In this document: positions 46,636-60,300 of the stretch, piece by piece
Layout: each line of letters begins with the position of its first letter
Numbering within the stretch: position 1 is the first letter of the stretch
Assembly (NCBI GenBank): GCA_965240325.2
Contig: OZ251229.1
Coordinates: 1,178,001-1,242,000, forward strand
Direction of reading: 5' to 3'
Source: Rebecca billardiae RCC1528
Taxonomy: Eukaryota > Protista > Haptophyta
DNA: 64,000 bases
The notes under the pieces: generated by a model
Seen by the model: the letters and a program-made list of their open reading frames with translations, nothing else
What the model was told of the DNA's origin: nothing
Databases searched by the model: none
Translations under genes and position numbers: made by a program

Positions 46636-49600
46636 CTCTTAAATTGGTGTCCGCCGCCGGATCTGGCGCTACGAGCTCGGTGGGCCCACTGGCCACTGTG
46701 AGATTATAGTGGCGCAGAGCGCGAGCTCATAGCGCGATGTTTACTTTCGTCTCGAGCTGGATTCCAGCCGCAGGAGATGGCCCATGGCCGCCTGCCTGGT
46801 AATAAATAAAAAAACGGAGTGGTACATGCTGTAATAAATACGGGGCGTGACGCGGGCGACCCTATTTACTTCTTCGGAATGGCCGGTGGTCGTCAATGGA
46901 ACGACCATGTAACGGGCGTCTTAAGCGTGTTATAGAGGGTCGACAGACGTCACTTTGATGCCCGCGCCTTCGACGTGAGGTGCGCGCTCGCCCAGCCGCA
47001 CAGCAGCGGGACGGCTGTGCGCCGAGAGCGGGCGCTCGCGCGCGATGAGGAGCGCCCTGATGCTTGCCGCTCACCACGCAGCACACTGCCAGGCGCAGGC
47101 TTGACGAAGGGTAAGATGAGGGGGCGGGGCGGGGGCCGGTTCGACCGGTGCGAGGCGCTGGGACGGCTGCTGCGCTCCGCACCCGCAGCCGCCCCGGCCG
47201 CGCTGCCCGCCGCTCAGGCGTGGGCTTCGAGTCGGCCCACTCAGCAGCCCTCCGCAGCAGCAGCAGCAGCAGCAGCACTCAGCAGGCGCCGTCGCGCGCG
47301 CCGCGTGGTCTGCTCGGGCGCGGAGCGGTAGCCTCGGTGCCGCAGGAGCGTGCGCGGCGGGCCGAGGGCCCACGCTCTCAAGTTCCACCGCGCAAGAGCC
47401 GTGCAATCGGCAGCCGTGACGCGCCGCTCGGCGCGGCCGCGCTCCCGCCCTGACTGGGCCGCCCTTGCTGCACGCGGGGATGCCCTCGCGGGCGTGGCCC
47501 GTTCACCCCGTCCAAGTGGCCCGATTGCCCGCACACAACCATACCGTGCTGCGCCACGCTTGGCGCAACAGCACACAACCTAGCCGGCCAGAAAGGCAGA
47601 AGCCAGCTGCAGTTGCCGAGCGGTCAGCAGGACTCTACTGGCACAGGCAGCCAGCGACTGAGACTCCACATGGCGGCGGCGGGCGCGGGCGCGGGTGACG
47701 GCTGCCGACGAGACGACACTCACGATGCATCGACGGCTCGCCTGTGGACGCCCAGCATCGCGGATCCCCCGCCCGAGCCCCCGGGCGCAGCTGTTGGAGA
47801 GCCCACAGCGGGCTAGCCGGAGGCAGGTCGGACGACGAGTGAGACGGGGGGGGGGGGGGGCCGCCTTGGGCTGGTGCGAGGCGCAGGGGCGGATACGGCG
47901 CTCCACGTGCGTACCTCCAGGCGCACGACCGCCCCGTGCGACGCGGGCTCGCGCCCATCGCGCCGCGGGACGCAGACTCGTCCCCGCGTGGGGAGAGGCC
48001 ATGCTGAATTCAACGGTCGTCGTCGGTGGCGTCGCGAAAAAAAGACGACCAACCGATATAATCCAGGCGACGAGAAATCCGGCGGCCTCAAGGACCAGCA
48101 TGGCCGCACTCCATCCCCGCCGTCCGCCGGAGGGCGCACGCGCCGGGTGCACGCGCACGCCGGCGCAGTGGTACGCGAGGGGATCCACGCGCCGTCGACG
48201 CACGCGCCCAGAGCGCCGCTCACCACGTCCCACGCGCTGCCATCGCGACAGTGCGCGGCGGCGCGAGCGCACCGCCAGCCCCTCGCTCGGCCGCGCTGGC
48301 ACGCACACGCTACAGGCCGCGCGCGGCCGAGTCATTGCACCGCCGAGTGGTCGAGCGCGCGTGCTGGGGGGATGCACTCGCGTTTCCGTCGCTTGCACGA
48401 CGCCGCACAGTGCGCGGTGCCCGTCAGCAACGCATGAACAGCTGCCAAGTCTGCGCGCAGAGCTCGGCCGCGGCGTGCGCGGCCGTTCAGCATGGAGACT
48501 GCGCTTCTGCTGCTCGCCACTGCCGACCCGCGCTGACCGCGCCCGGGTGTGCTCGCCTCGATCGCCACGTGCACGCGTCCATGCAAGGGGCGGCCGCGCC
48601 TTCGACGCGAGGCGCGTGCGCGACCAGCGGCATGCAGCAGCTGCCGCGTAGGCCGCTCGCGGCCGTGATGGCGCGCACTGGGGGCAGCTCGGACGGGGTG
48701 GAGGATGGGGGCGCGGGGGGCGGGGGCAGCTGGGCCTCCGTGCGTGGCGCCAGCCACGGCCGCGACGCGCGGCGCGCCGCGCGCCGCCGAGCCGCACGCG
48801 CTGCGGTCGCTCGGCCGGCGCGCGCCGCCCCGCCCCGCGCGCAGCCACGCGGCGTCGCGAGCGCGAGCGCGCCCGGCGGCGCGGCTCGGGCACGGCGCCA
48901 GGACGCCGCCTCGGCCCTGCGGCCAGAGCCCGGCTCGCGGCCGTCGCGTGCGCCCTCGGGGAATCGGCCGGCGCCACGCCGCGCGCTCGGCTTGGCCGCC
49001 GCGTGCTGCGCCGCGGCCCCGGCGGGCCTCGCCGGCCACGAGGCAGGCGCCGGGATCGGGCGTGGACCGATGACACTTGCGCTCGCCGTGGCGGCGCTGC
49101 GCGGAGACGGCACCCCAACGGCGGCGGCGTGCGACCCGGTCCGGCGCCGAGACCGCCGGATGGGCGTCAGTCGCCGTGGCGCCGGCGCACCGGCCCGCCA
49201 GACTCGCCGCGCCTGCGTGCGTTGACGGTGCGGCGGCCCCGGCGCGGCACGTCGCTGCCGAGTAGATCGGACGGGCGCCCGCCCGCGGGCGCCCGCCCGC
49301 ACCGGCGGCGTCGGACAGGGCGCCGCAGTGTGCAGGGCGCTCCTGGGCGGAGGGCGCCTGCAGCCCGCCTCGCCAGCGCCGGCGCACCACGTCGACCGAC
49401 TGGGAGCCTAGGGAGGTGCGTGTGGTCGACCTGCCTCGGGAGAGCGCAACGCGCCATCATATACCACTCCACCGCTGCCCACGACCCGATACGGCCCGCG
49501 CCGCCACTGGCGGCAGCGAGCTCGAGCCCGGCCGCCGGTTTGGTCGTCTCCATCGTCTTCTTGTCGCGTCGTGCTGCCATCGTGCGCGCGAGTCGCGCCG

Positions 49601-50220
49601 ATGCGCGCGGCGTATTGACTTTATTATATCCCTTTATTATATCCCGATCAGCGCGCGGCCTGCATGCCCACGGCGCGCATCATAGGCTTCGATCGTCACC
49701 GTTCACGTGTCGAGTGCGCCGCACCAGCACTACGAATATACTCTGACCGCGGCGCCCCAGCACCGCCCACGACTCGCTCGGCAATGCTGCTGCTCATCCT
49801 GAGCCTTAGGCGACGTTCACGTGGCGGCGCCGGGCAACCGATCGGTGAATAGAACTGGTTTTCATCATACATATATTCATCCCTCATCACTCATCAGGCG
49901 CCGAGCCAACTGGCGCGTCTCTGCGCCTCCCTCGCGCGCGCAGCGGACGCCCTTCGGAAGCGCCCGCTGCCGCCCGCCGGCTGATGGCTGCGGCTGTTCC
50001 GGGCCCATCTCGTGCGGCTTGGCGGCTCTCGAGCGGAGCCTTCCGTTCCCGCTCCGACCTCGACGCGCGGACCACCCGCGAGCTGCCGTGCTCGCCCAGC
50101 CGCACCGGCGCACCCACGAGCTCGTCCGGCCGCGCGGCAGAGCTCGTCGCGCGCGCGCGCGCGCGGCCGAGCCGCGCCGCCGCGCGCCGCCGGGCGCAGC
50201 GCGGCGGTGCGCGGCGCCCG

Positions 50221-51516
50221 TCAGCCGGCGGGCCGACTCGCGCGCGCGCCCGAGGCTGCGGCGCCGCCCGCCCCGGCGTGCTGCCCGTGGCGCGCCGCAC
50301 CGGCGGGCTCGACCGGCTCGGCGCACGGCGCGGCGGCGGGGGCGCCCGCCGCCGCGCGTGCACCCGCCCGCGCGCCGAGCGTGACGAGGAGGCCAAAGTG
50401 GTCGCTCGGCACAAGAGGCATCTCGCGCGGGGGGCCGTTGCGGAAGAACTTCTCGAACGTCTGCCCGGGGATCTGCTCCACGCCGACCAGCGCGACCGAG
50501 CTCGCGCGCACAGCCCACGCCTCCGGGCCGCCGCCCGCGGGTGCGGGTGCGGGTGCGGCGGCCGCGTCGCCCGCGCCGGGCGGTGCGCACGCGTGCACAA
50601 AGCAGCGGTCGTAGCGGTGTTGCCACGGGTGAGCGAGCATGGGGTTGACGTGGCCGTCGTGCGTGAACTGGGCCGCAACGGGCCGCCCGACCGACTCCCA
50701 TGCGTCCTCCCACCCCGTGCCCAGCTCCTTCGTCGCGTCGCCGTCCCCGTCGTCCCAGTTCATGTCGCCCATCAGCACGGCGGCGACTGCGCCGACTGCG
50801 CGCGCCTCGTGCGCGAGCACGAGGCCCGCCTCGCGGAGCTGCGCACGCCGCTCGAGGCGCACCGCGTCGCGCAGGGCCTCCCCGGCGAACGACTCGAGGT
50901 GCGTGGACGCGAGCACGACACGGCCGACGCCCTCCCAGTTGGCGACGAGGAAGAGGAGGCCGCGCGCCATCGCCGAGCTAGCAAACGGGCGCCAGCGCGG
51001 CGGGCCTGCGGCCGAGAGCGGCGCTCGCGTCGCCAGGCCACACCAGTAGCCCATCGACTGGTCTTCTTGCTGGTGCACGGTGTAGCCTGCGTTCCGCAGC
51101 TGCGGCACGAGCATGCTCGCCTGCTGCGAGGTCAGCTCCTGCAGCGCGAGCGCGGCGGGCCGGACCTTCCCAGTGCCGTCGGCGAGGCTGGCGATGCGCT
51201 GCATCCGAACGGCGTACGTGTCTGGGTACTCGAACCACACGTTGTACGAGAGCAGCGGGAGCGACGGCGGCGCCGTGGCGACGGCTCCGCGCGCACCCTC
51301 GCCCGTCCCGGCGGCGCGACCAGCGGCCGGCGCGGCCGCGGCCGGCGGCGCCGCGGCGGCGGCCTCTGCCGCTGGCGGGGCGTCCACCGAGGCGGTAGCC
51401 AAGGCCGCGGCGAGTGCGGCGGCCTCGGCCTCGTCGAGGGCCGGCGGCGCGCGCACCGCGGCTCCCGCCTGCCCGGCCTCGGCCGGCGGGCGCGTGGTCT
51501 CGTCGTCGCCGCCCAT
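50221..51516 (-). CDS. TDP2: Tyrosyl-DNA phosphodiesterase 2-like EEP-family enzyme
   Basis: Motifs SYNVWF, LQE, M.RGL, STHLES, R.AQL, GDMNW, WEDAW, FTHDG..N.ML, RYDR and PSDHFGL. Confidence 0.85.
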   Translation of the reverse strand: MGGDDETTRPPAEAGQAGAAVRAPPALDEAEAAALAAALATASVDAPPAAEAAAAAPPAAAAPAAGRAAGTGEGARGAVATAPPSLPLLSYNVWFEYPDTYAVRMQRIASLADGTGKVRPAALALQELTSQQASMLVPQLRNAGYTVHQQEDQSMGYWCGLATRAPLSAAGPPRWRPFASSAMARGLLFLVANWEGVGRVVLASTHLESFAGEALRDAVRLERRAQLREAGLVLAHEARAVGAVAAVLMGDMNWDDGDGDATKELGTGWEDAWESVGRPVAAQFTHDGHVNPMLAHPWQHRYDRCFVHACAPPGAGDAAAAPAPAPAGGGPEAWAVRASSVALVGVEQIPGQTFEKFFRNGPPREMPLVPSDHFGLLVTLGARAGARAAAGAPAAAPCAEPVEPAGAARHGQHAGAGGAAASGARASRPAG

Positions 51517-52185
51517 CCGGTCGTCCGCGTCTTGGCTCACAGCCGCCCGACCGCGCGCGCGCCGGCGTGCTGCGAAAAGTCCGGAAAACTGGATGGTGAT
51601 CGGACGTCAGGACGGCTGTTGATCAGGCGATGGCGGCCGGTATGCCCCGCTGCAACCACCGCTTGGACGCGACGCGCAGGGAGCCCGGGTTCAGGGGCTC
51701 TGCCCAGCAAGGGCGGGACGGGGTAGGTGCACGCAGCATGCGAGGCGGCTCGGGCTCGGCAGGGGCCGGGCTGGGCTGCCGTAGGATGCTGTGTGCGCCT
51801 GATGCGCTGGCGGCGCTATCGGCTCTGTCCGCCTCACACTGCGCTTGGCAGCTGCGCCAGGCGCAGGCTGCGTGGCACGTGCTGACAGTGCCGCGCGCTG
51901 GCGCCGGCGGCGGGGTGTTCGCCCGTTCGGGTGCAGAAGCTCTCAGCCTGCCCGCGCGAGGCTGCCTCTTCCGCGGGCGTCCGACGATTCTCTACTACTG
52001 CATACATTACGTGAGAACCGATGGCCTGTGCGCAGAGGCAGTGTGTCTTGGTAGGCTGACTCAGCGCACATGACGCGGCGTGCTGCACTAGCAGCAGCTC
52101 AGCGGGCGTGCAGTCTGGCTTACCGCCGAGTCACCGGGCTCCGGTCGGGACGAGCCCCTGCTCCGTCTTCTCACCACGACTGTAT

Positions 52186-53167
52186 CCCCTTACCGCAGTC
52201 TGCTTCTATACGAAGCAGATTTGGGTGGGCGGCGGCGTGGGAGCGCTGGGCGCGCAGGTAGACGGCGCGAGCGGGCGCGCGCACGCTTGGGGGCATCTTT
52301 GGGACCATACCCATCGATGACCCGAGCCTCGCCGCCACCGCCCTTCCCCTTCTCCCGTGCCACGGCGTCCAGACGGAGTGCCAAACGAGCGTTTGAACAT
52401 GCCACGAAGCAGATTTGGAATGGTGCTCAAACCGCTGCGGAGGTGATCGTCAGGCTGCGGCGTGAGGCTGGGAGGGGTATCATAACGTAATGGATGACGG
52501 TCGTCACCCGTGCGCCGGTCGGTAGGCTGCTATTCAGCGCCCGTAGGCTCGTACGCTGCACCTCGAGCTCAAGATCCCTCACCGTGGGCTCCGCGCGAGT
52601 GACACTGAGCACGAGGAGGGTGTACTTGCGAGGGGTACGCGCGTCGCGCCTGCGATCGACGCCAAGACAAGCGAAGAAGCGATACCACCACTCCCGCGAA
52701 GCGCCTGCCTGACTTGCACTTGGTGTACACACCGCGTGCGGCGCGCCGCAAGGAAGGAGCCCGACCCGTGCCTCAGCGTGTCCCGCGCGGCTGGCTGGTG
52801 GGCACTTTCAGCGTGATCGGTCATGCGAACGCGCGCAGAGTAACGCGCGCAGTATGTACACTGTCTACAATCATCTTTGTCGGTCGCCCACGTGCTTGAA
52901 GCGGCTGCAAGGAGTGCAGCCGGGTGTCGCGGGCCAGTCGAGCGCCCAGCCAGCACGACGGCAGCTCGGCGCCGCCGCGCGTTGCCATCGTGGAGGCGGT
53001 GAAGCTGGAGGTACTAGGCTGGCGGCTGTCTGAGGGTAGCTAGACCATGCCTGGGCACTCTCAAGCCGTGTTCAACGCCCAGACGCGCGTGGGTGGGCCG
53101 CAAAGCGCGCGCAGCGGCCGCCGTCAAATCTGCTTCCATACGAAGCAGATTGAACTGCGGTAAGGGG
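52186..53167. mobile_element. Non-autonomous TIR element (CMC/EnSpm-like MITE)
   Basis: TIR CCCCTTACCGCAG / CTGCGGTAAGGGG, AT on both flanks, subterminal palindromes TCTGCTTC-N5-GAAGCAGA at both ends. Confidence 0.8.
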
Positions 53168-54860
53168 ATATACTTCTCCGGGCCTTGGAGCGTGGGTCAC
53201 GGCCACTGCATGACGTCTGCCGGCCCGGCCGGCGGCCACGCTGGACAGCACGTCTGAATAATCGGCAGGGTCCAGTCCCGATGCTTGAGCGTATGCGTCA
53301 TCGACGACACCTGTAACGTGCGCGACTCGTGCTACAGCCTCGCCCGGGCGAGGTGCCCGGTGCGGCCGGCCTGATGTCGCGCCAGACTGTATGTCGTCTG
53401 CGCCCGTCTGAGGCCTGGCCGCGTCCAGACCATGTATGGCCTTGGCGGCGTGGGCCAAATGCTGCCAGCAACAGTCGGCACGGCGCGGCTGCGCGAGCTC
53501 GCTCGCTGGCGCCTGGCCGGCACCAGGGCGCATCATTCGCAGCCGCATTTCCGGTCGCGCCAGCCGTCAGCTCGCGCCGGCGGGCGTCAGGCCTCAGGCG
53601 AGCCCGCACACGGAGCACAGCCAAGGCCAGGGGCAAGAGCGAGGTGCGCGACCCCGCCGCACGATGCGGCACGGGTGGTGCCACACAAGCCCGAGGACAC
53701 ACCAGCTGATACAGCACGGGCGCTTCGACTGCCTCCGACGCCGAAACCTGACGGATTGGTCAGTGGGCCGGCAGGGCTGCGGAGGCCGGCCGACCAGCAT
53801 ACAGTAGCGTTTGCGCGGCACGGCCGGGGTGGCCGCGGACCGCACCATTCCCCGCCGAGGGATTGGCCCCATTGTGGGCAATGGCCGTCCCTGGGGACGA
53901 TGACCGCCCCCTCCTTGCGGCGTGGCCGTGCTCGGGCGTGCACGGGGCCGCCTCAGGCGCGGCGGCCTCAGGCACGGCGCGTCGTTGCGCGTGGATGTCG
54001 CCCTGCATCGCGTTCCGTCGCGCAGCGGCGTCCGGCCGGGGCACCGCGCGGCGCGGCCCGCGCTGTCACTCGGGCCCGCGGAGACGGCCGGCCCGCAGGT
54101 CTCGTGGGCGCCAGGCCGGGCGCGCCGAGGCGCGCTCGGAAGCGCAGGTCTGGCCCCACGCTTGAGGGCGCGCCGGCGTCGCATAGATCTGCCCTGCCCG
54201 CATGATCACCGGTGGGCTTGCGCGTCATGTGCAATGCTGGAGCCCGCCGCGCGGCGTCACGGCGGATCACGCGCGGCTCGTGCGAGCTTGCTGAGGCCTG
54301 GGCGTTGCGGTGAGGCGCACGTCGCGCGGCTTGTCACGATAGGCCCCGAGGTGCGGCTCGCGGCGCGCCATGGAGCGCGCGTCGGGCCGTCGCAGAGCTC
54401 ACCGCATCCCGCCGGCGGTCAGCGACATCGTGATCGTCCATCCCTGGGCGTGAGGCAACGTGCCCCGGACCAACTCGCGGAAAGGACCCCGGACCGGGTT
54501 GGCGACGACGACGGTTGGTCGGAAATCCGTTACTCGTAGACTCCTGAAGTATCCCGGACTAGTGTAACAGTCGGTCTTACGCAAGACGACCAGCGAACAA
54601 GTTGAAAGTTGGCGCGATGATCTCGACGCGGAGCGCTCGTTGCGCCCACGTGCAGCGCGCGGCGGCGCGCCACCTGCGGCACTCAGGTTACCCGCGTGGG
54701 CTGACCGCGCTCCGCGGCCAGGCTGTAAATCTGTGCATCCCGCCGCCCGACCACGAGCGCAGGACTCCATCGGGACTCCGTCTGCTCGGTGCACGCGGGA
54801 TATGAGACTACCCTGATCCGATTGGGGTTCTGCTGCATGCTGCAGGCGTGCGATGCTCAT

Positions 54861-55660
54861 TCAGACGCGACGGCTACCAGCAGGCTTCATCGCTCCAACT
54901 GCAGCCTGCGCCGCCGCCTTCGCCGCCGCCTTTGCCGTCGCGTTCGCCCCTGCGCTCGCTGCCCCCGACCTCGACGCCGCCAGGCTCGCCGCCGCCCCCG
55001 CCGGCGCCACCGCCGCCGCCCGCTCTCGCCGCCTCGCCTCCTCCCGCATCTCTCGACTCACCCTCTTGAGCATCGCAGCGGCGAGGCCGTTCGGCAGCAC
55101 CCTGCTCCCGCGGTTGGCGTGGAGGCAGCGCGCGACGCGCTCGAGGAAGCGGGTGCCCGCCTTGGGCGTCGCGCCCGCCGCCTGCGGCAGCACCTCCGGC
55201 CGCGCGGCCCGCAGCTCGCGCTGCATCGTCTCGAGCCGCGCGCCGCTCAAGCGCCGCACCGCCTCGAGCGCGCGCGCCGGGCTCGCGAGGAACGCCTGCG
55301 TGCGCACGTGCCGCACGAACCGCTCGTACGGCACGCGCGCGAGCCACGGCATCGCCTGCGGCACCTCCGGCTCGAAGGCCGTGCCGTACTGCACAGTACG
55401 TCAGTACGGCCCCTCCCTCCAAGTCGTCGCACAGCACAGCACGAAGGGCACGCAGCCCGCACCCAGCGCCGAGAGCAGCCGCGGCGCGAGCGCGCGCAGG
55501 GTGGCGCACGCGTGAGCGCGCGCGCCGCCGCGCGCATCCGGTCGGCGTGGCTCTCCCGCGCGCGGCCGAGCGCCGAGCAGTCGGCGCCCACGCGCCACGG
55601 GAGCTCAGGCTGCATGATGATGGGCACGTAGAAGGGCGCCGTGCGGCTTGCGGTGCGCAC
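54861..55660 (-). pseudogene. Degraded exostosin-family (GT47) glycosyltransferase fragment
   Basis: Pieces FYVP, ALGAGCVPFVL..DD and MPW...VPYERF.....RL..MQREL spread over different frames. Confidence 0.55.
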
Positions 55661-57305
55661 GCGCAGCGGGTGCTGCCGCAGCGCGGCGTGGCCGGCGCGT
55701 CATCGTCGTCCGCGGGGTGTCGTTGCCGCCATGCGACACGCATCGGCCCGAAAGCGCGTGGCGGTTCATTCGTCAGACCGATTTGTGATGACTGCTTGTT
55801 CACAATCTGACACACTCAGAGTCACTCACTAGTCAATACTTATAGTACTCACAGTGACGAATCACCAATGAGTCCAATGACACCACCTCTTGCCGAACAC
55901 CCGCCCAGATCGGGTGTTTCGGGTCACACCCACCTACCGCCCGCGAGGGGAACGAGCGCATCCTCGCGGCACTCATCCCACGCCTACGCGCCCTTGCCGA
56001 AGCCAACGCCACCGCGCGCGCCGCCTCGCGCGGCGCGCCACCTGACGGCCGCTCAGCGGTCGCGCGCGCGCGGGCACGAGCACGTGCCGCCGCCGCCGCC
56101 TGCTGGCGTGCGTGAGTGGGCGGAGCTCTTCTCGCGCAAGCGCGTGCACATCACGCTCGCGCGTTGGGCGCGTCCGCCAGCCGTCGGCAGTGTGCAGGCT
56201 CGCGTTCATCCTTCGTGGACGCAGATGGGCGGCGGCGGTGGAGGAGGATGAGCGCACGCGCCCCCTGGCCACTCGGGTGCTACTATGCCGGCAGTGCTTG
56301 TGCCGACGTCTGCGCACCGCCTCTCTCAGCGCAGTGCGCGCGTGCTCCGTGCTGGCCGCTGGGTGGGGCCACGACGACTACGACTGTACGAAGAGCGGTA
56401 CCAGCGCGACCGTGCGCGGCGCGGACGCGCCGCCGCCGGCTGCGCGCGGCCGTGCGCGCGTGCGGCCGAGCGGCCGAGTGCGCGCGGTGGCCAGCCTCTC
56501 GCACGGCACCGCGCAGCGCTCCGGCGCGCACACACCGGCCTGCCCCACCTGCTGCGCGCGAGCTGCGCTGTGGGATTGGACGACACCGGCTGCTGCCAGC
56601 GCCACCGGCCCACTGGTCGCGCGCGAGTGCGCTCGGCTCGAGCGCCGCGCGCGCGCACACCAAGGCACGCTTGGGATGGCCGCTGCCTCGACGCGAGACG
56701 CGCGCGCGCGACCGGCCGCAGCCGCTGCCGCCGTCGGTCTGGTCCCTCAAGGCGGTGCGACCTGCGCACACGTACATGCCTCCTCGCTCAGCCACAGCTC
56801 GTGGCCCGAGTTGATCGCATCCCGCGCCAGGGGGGCGTTCAAGTGTGGGCTGCTCCTCCTGACTTTTAAGGAGGTGACGCTCGCATGCGCGCTAATCGTA
56901 GCCGCGGCAAAGTCAACGAGGAGCAAGCTGCGGGGGGCAGAGCGGAGCACGCCAGCGTTTGGATGCCACGCAAGCAACGCGCCGCCTTCGCACGGCAACT
57001 CGACGGCCGCAGCGCCGCACGCCACGCGCCGGCGCGAGTGGCCAGACTTACGGCCCACGGCATGGGCGTAGCGCCGCTTGAAGTCGACTCTCACTCCGGA
57101 TGCACAAGCTGGCACAAGTCCGGGAGGAGTTCAGCGGGCGCGGCGTCCGCGCTGCAGCACGCCGCGCGCGCGCACGAGTGAAAACCGCTTCAGCGCGAGC
57201 GGGGCACCGGGCGCCGGGACCGCCCTCGCCGAATTTGGGCAGAGGGAGCGCGCGTGTACCGGCAAGCGGTCGAGTGGGGCGATTCGGCGCGCTGCTCAAG
57301 CCCGC

Positions 57306-60300
57306 ATGGACATGCTGTATGAACGAGGCGAGGGCGTGCCGCAGGATTGGGCCGAGGGCGCCGAGGCGGTGCGCTGGTACCGGCTGGCGGCCGAGCAGGG
57401 CGACGCAGCTGCGCAGAACAACCTGGGCGTGCGCTACGAGCAAGGCGAGGGCGTGCCGCAGGACCGGGCCGAGGCGGTGCGCTGGTACCGGCTGGCGGCC
57501 GAGCAGGGTTGCGCAGATGCGCAGAACAACCTGGGCGTGCGCTACGAACGAGGCGAGGGCGTGCCGCAGGACTGGGCAGAGGCGGCGCGCTTCTACCGGC
57601 TGGGGGCCGAGCAGGGCGACGCAGCTGCGCAGAACAACCTGGGCGTGCGCTACGAACGAGGCGAGGGCGTGCTGCAGGACTGGGCAGAGGCGGCGCGCTG
57701 GTACCGGCTGGCGGCCGAGCAGGGCTACGCAGCTGCGCAGACCAACCTCGGCTGGCTTTGCGCACGAGGCGAGGGCGTGCAGCAGGACTGGGCCAAGGCG
57801 GTGCGCTGGTACCAGCTGGCGGCTGAGCAGGGGTACGCAGCTGCGCAGAACAACCTGGGCGTGCGCTACGAACGAGGCGAGGGCGTGCAGCACGACTGGG
57901 CCAAGGCGGTGCACTTGTATCGGCAGGCGGCCGAGCAGGGGTACGCAGCTGCGCAGAACAACCTGGGCGAGCTCTACGAGCGAGGCGAGGGCGTGCCGCA
58001 GGATATGGCCGAGGCGGTGCGCTGGTACCGGCTGGCGGCCGAGCAGGGCGAGGCAGCTGCGCAGAACTACCTGGGCGAGCTCTACAAGCGAGGCAAGGGC
58101 GTGCCGCAGGACATGGCCGAGGCGGTGCGCTGGTACCAGCAGGCGGCAGAGCAGGGGTACGCAGCTGCGCAGGCCAACCTGGGCTGGCATTACGCACAAG
58201 GCGAGGGCGTGCAGCTGGACTGGGCAGAGGCGATGCGCTGGTCCCGGCTGGCGGCCGAGCAGGGCGAGGCGTGTGCACAGATCAACCTGGGCCTGCTCTA
58301 CGCACGAGGCAAGGGCGTGCCGCAGGACATGGCCGAGGCGGTGCGCTGGTACCGGCTGGCGGCCGAGCAGGGCCACGCAGCTGCGCAGAACAACCTGGGC
58401 AAGCTCTACGCACGAGGGAAGGGCGTGCCGCAGGACTGGGCCGAGGCGGTGCGCTGGTACCGGCTGGCGGCCGAGCAGGGCCACGCAGCTGCGCAGAACA
58501 ACCTGGGCAAGCTCTACGCACGAGGGAAGGGCGCGCCGCACGACTCGGCTGAGGCAGTGCGCTTGTTGCAGTTGGCGGCTGAGCAGGGCGAAGCAGTTGC
58601 GCAGTACAACCTTGGCATGCGCTACGAACGAGCCGAGGGCGTGCCGCAGGACTGGGCAGAGGCGGTGCGCTGGTACCGGCTGGCGGCAGAGCAGGGCCAC
58701 ACAGCTGCACAGAAGCATCTGGGCGAGCTCTACGAACGTGGCGAGGGCGTGCAGCAGGACTGGGCCGAGGCGGTGCGCTGGTACCGGCTGGCGGCCGAGC
58801 AGGGCGAAGCAGCTGCTCAGCACCACCTGGGCTGGCTCTACGCACGAGGCGAGGGCGTGCAGCAGGACATGGCCGAGGCGGTGCGCTGGTACCGGCTGAC
58901 GGCCGAGCAGGGCGACGCAGCTGCGCAGAACTACCTGGGCGAGCTCTACGAGCGAGGCGAGGGCGTGCCGCAGGATATGGCCGAGGCGGTGCGCTGGTAC
59001 CAGCTGGCGGCCGAGCAGGGCGACGCAGCTGCGCAGAACAACCTGGGCGTGCGCTACGAACGCGGCGAGGGCGTGCCGCAGGACTGGGCCGAGGCGGTGC
59101 GCTGGTTCAGGCTGGCTGCCGAGAAGGGCGACGCAGCTGCGCAGAACTACCTGGGCGAGCTCTACGAGCGAGGCGTGGGCGTGCAGCAGGATATGGCCGA
59201 GGCGGTGCGCTGGTACCGGCTGGCGGCCGAGCAGGGCGACGCAGCTGCGCAGAACAACCTGGGCGTGCTCTACGCACGAGGCGAGGGCGTGCAGCAGGAC
59301 ATGGCCGAGGCGGTGCGCTGGTACCAGCTGGCGGCCGAGCAGGGTTGCGCAGTTGCGCAGAACAACCTGGGCGTGCGCTACAAGCGAGGCGAGGGCGTGC
59401 CGCACGACTGGGCCAAGGCGGCGCACTGGTACCGGCAGGCGGCCGAGCAGGGCGACGCAGATGCGCAGAACAACCTGGGCGTGCGCTACGAGCGAGGCGA
59501 GGGCGTGCCGCAGGACATGGCCGAGGCGGTTCGCTGGTACCGGCTGGCGGCCGAGCAGGGTGAAGCAGCTGCTCAGCACCACCTGGGCTGGCTCTACGCA
59601 CGAGGCGAGGGCGTGCAGCTGGATTGTGCAGAGGCGGTTCGAATGTACCGGCTGGCGGCAGAGCAGGGCTACGCGCTTGCGCAGAACAACCTGGGCTGGC
59701 TTTGCGAACGTGGAATGCTGACGCACGTGCGCGAGGCTGCTCCGCCGTGCTCTCTTGCGACCTCGTCGTCGCCGCCGCTGCTCGCGCTTCTGCCAGTGGA
59801 GCTGGTGGACCGCATCGTCAGCCATCTCGACGACACGGACGACCTCGCCGCCGCCAGCGCTACCTCGCGCATCTTCCGCGGCGCGCCACCCGCCGGCCAC
59901 TCACCCATCGAGCGCGCTCTGCGCGAGCGCGCACGCGCGCGCGGCCACGAGCGCGCGCTCCCGGCCAAACTCCCGCCCACCGTGCGCACGTGGATCGAGT
60001 TGCTGCTTTCGCGCGAGCGCGTGCACTCGCTGGCATGCGCGCACGCGAGCCCGATCGCGTGCGGCAGCAATTTCAGCGCATTCGTGGACGCTGTCGGTGG
60101 GCTGCACACGTGCGGTGAGGCGGCCGAGTTGGACGAGTACGGCGAGCCGACTGAAGTACCGCCGGCGCTGGGCCATGAGGCTGCGCGCGCGCTCGTGCCG
60201 ACGCGCGTGCTCTCGCTCTCCGCGGTGCGCGTGGTCGCGGTGGCCGCTGGCTTCTACCACCTGCTCGCGCTGAGCGAGGCCGGTGCCGTGTACGGCTGCG

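Noticed and set aside
49856-49898. Hammerhead ribozyme (minus-strand CTGATGA...GAAA)
   Set aside because: No stem II pairing between the core motifs
57048-59900. 950-aa minus-strand ORF
   Set aside because: Antisense shadow of the Sel1 repeats
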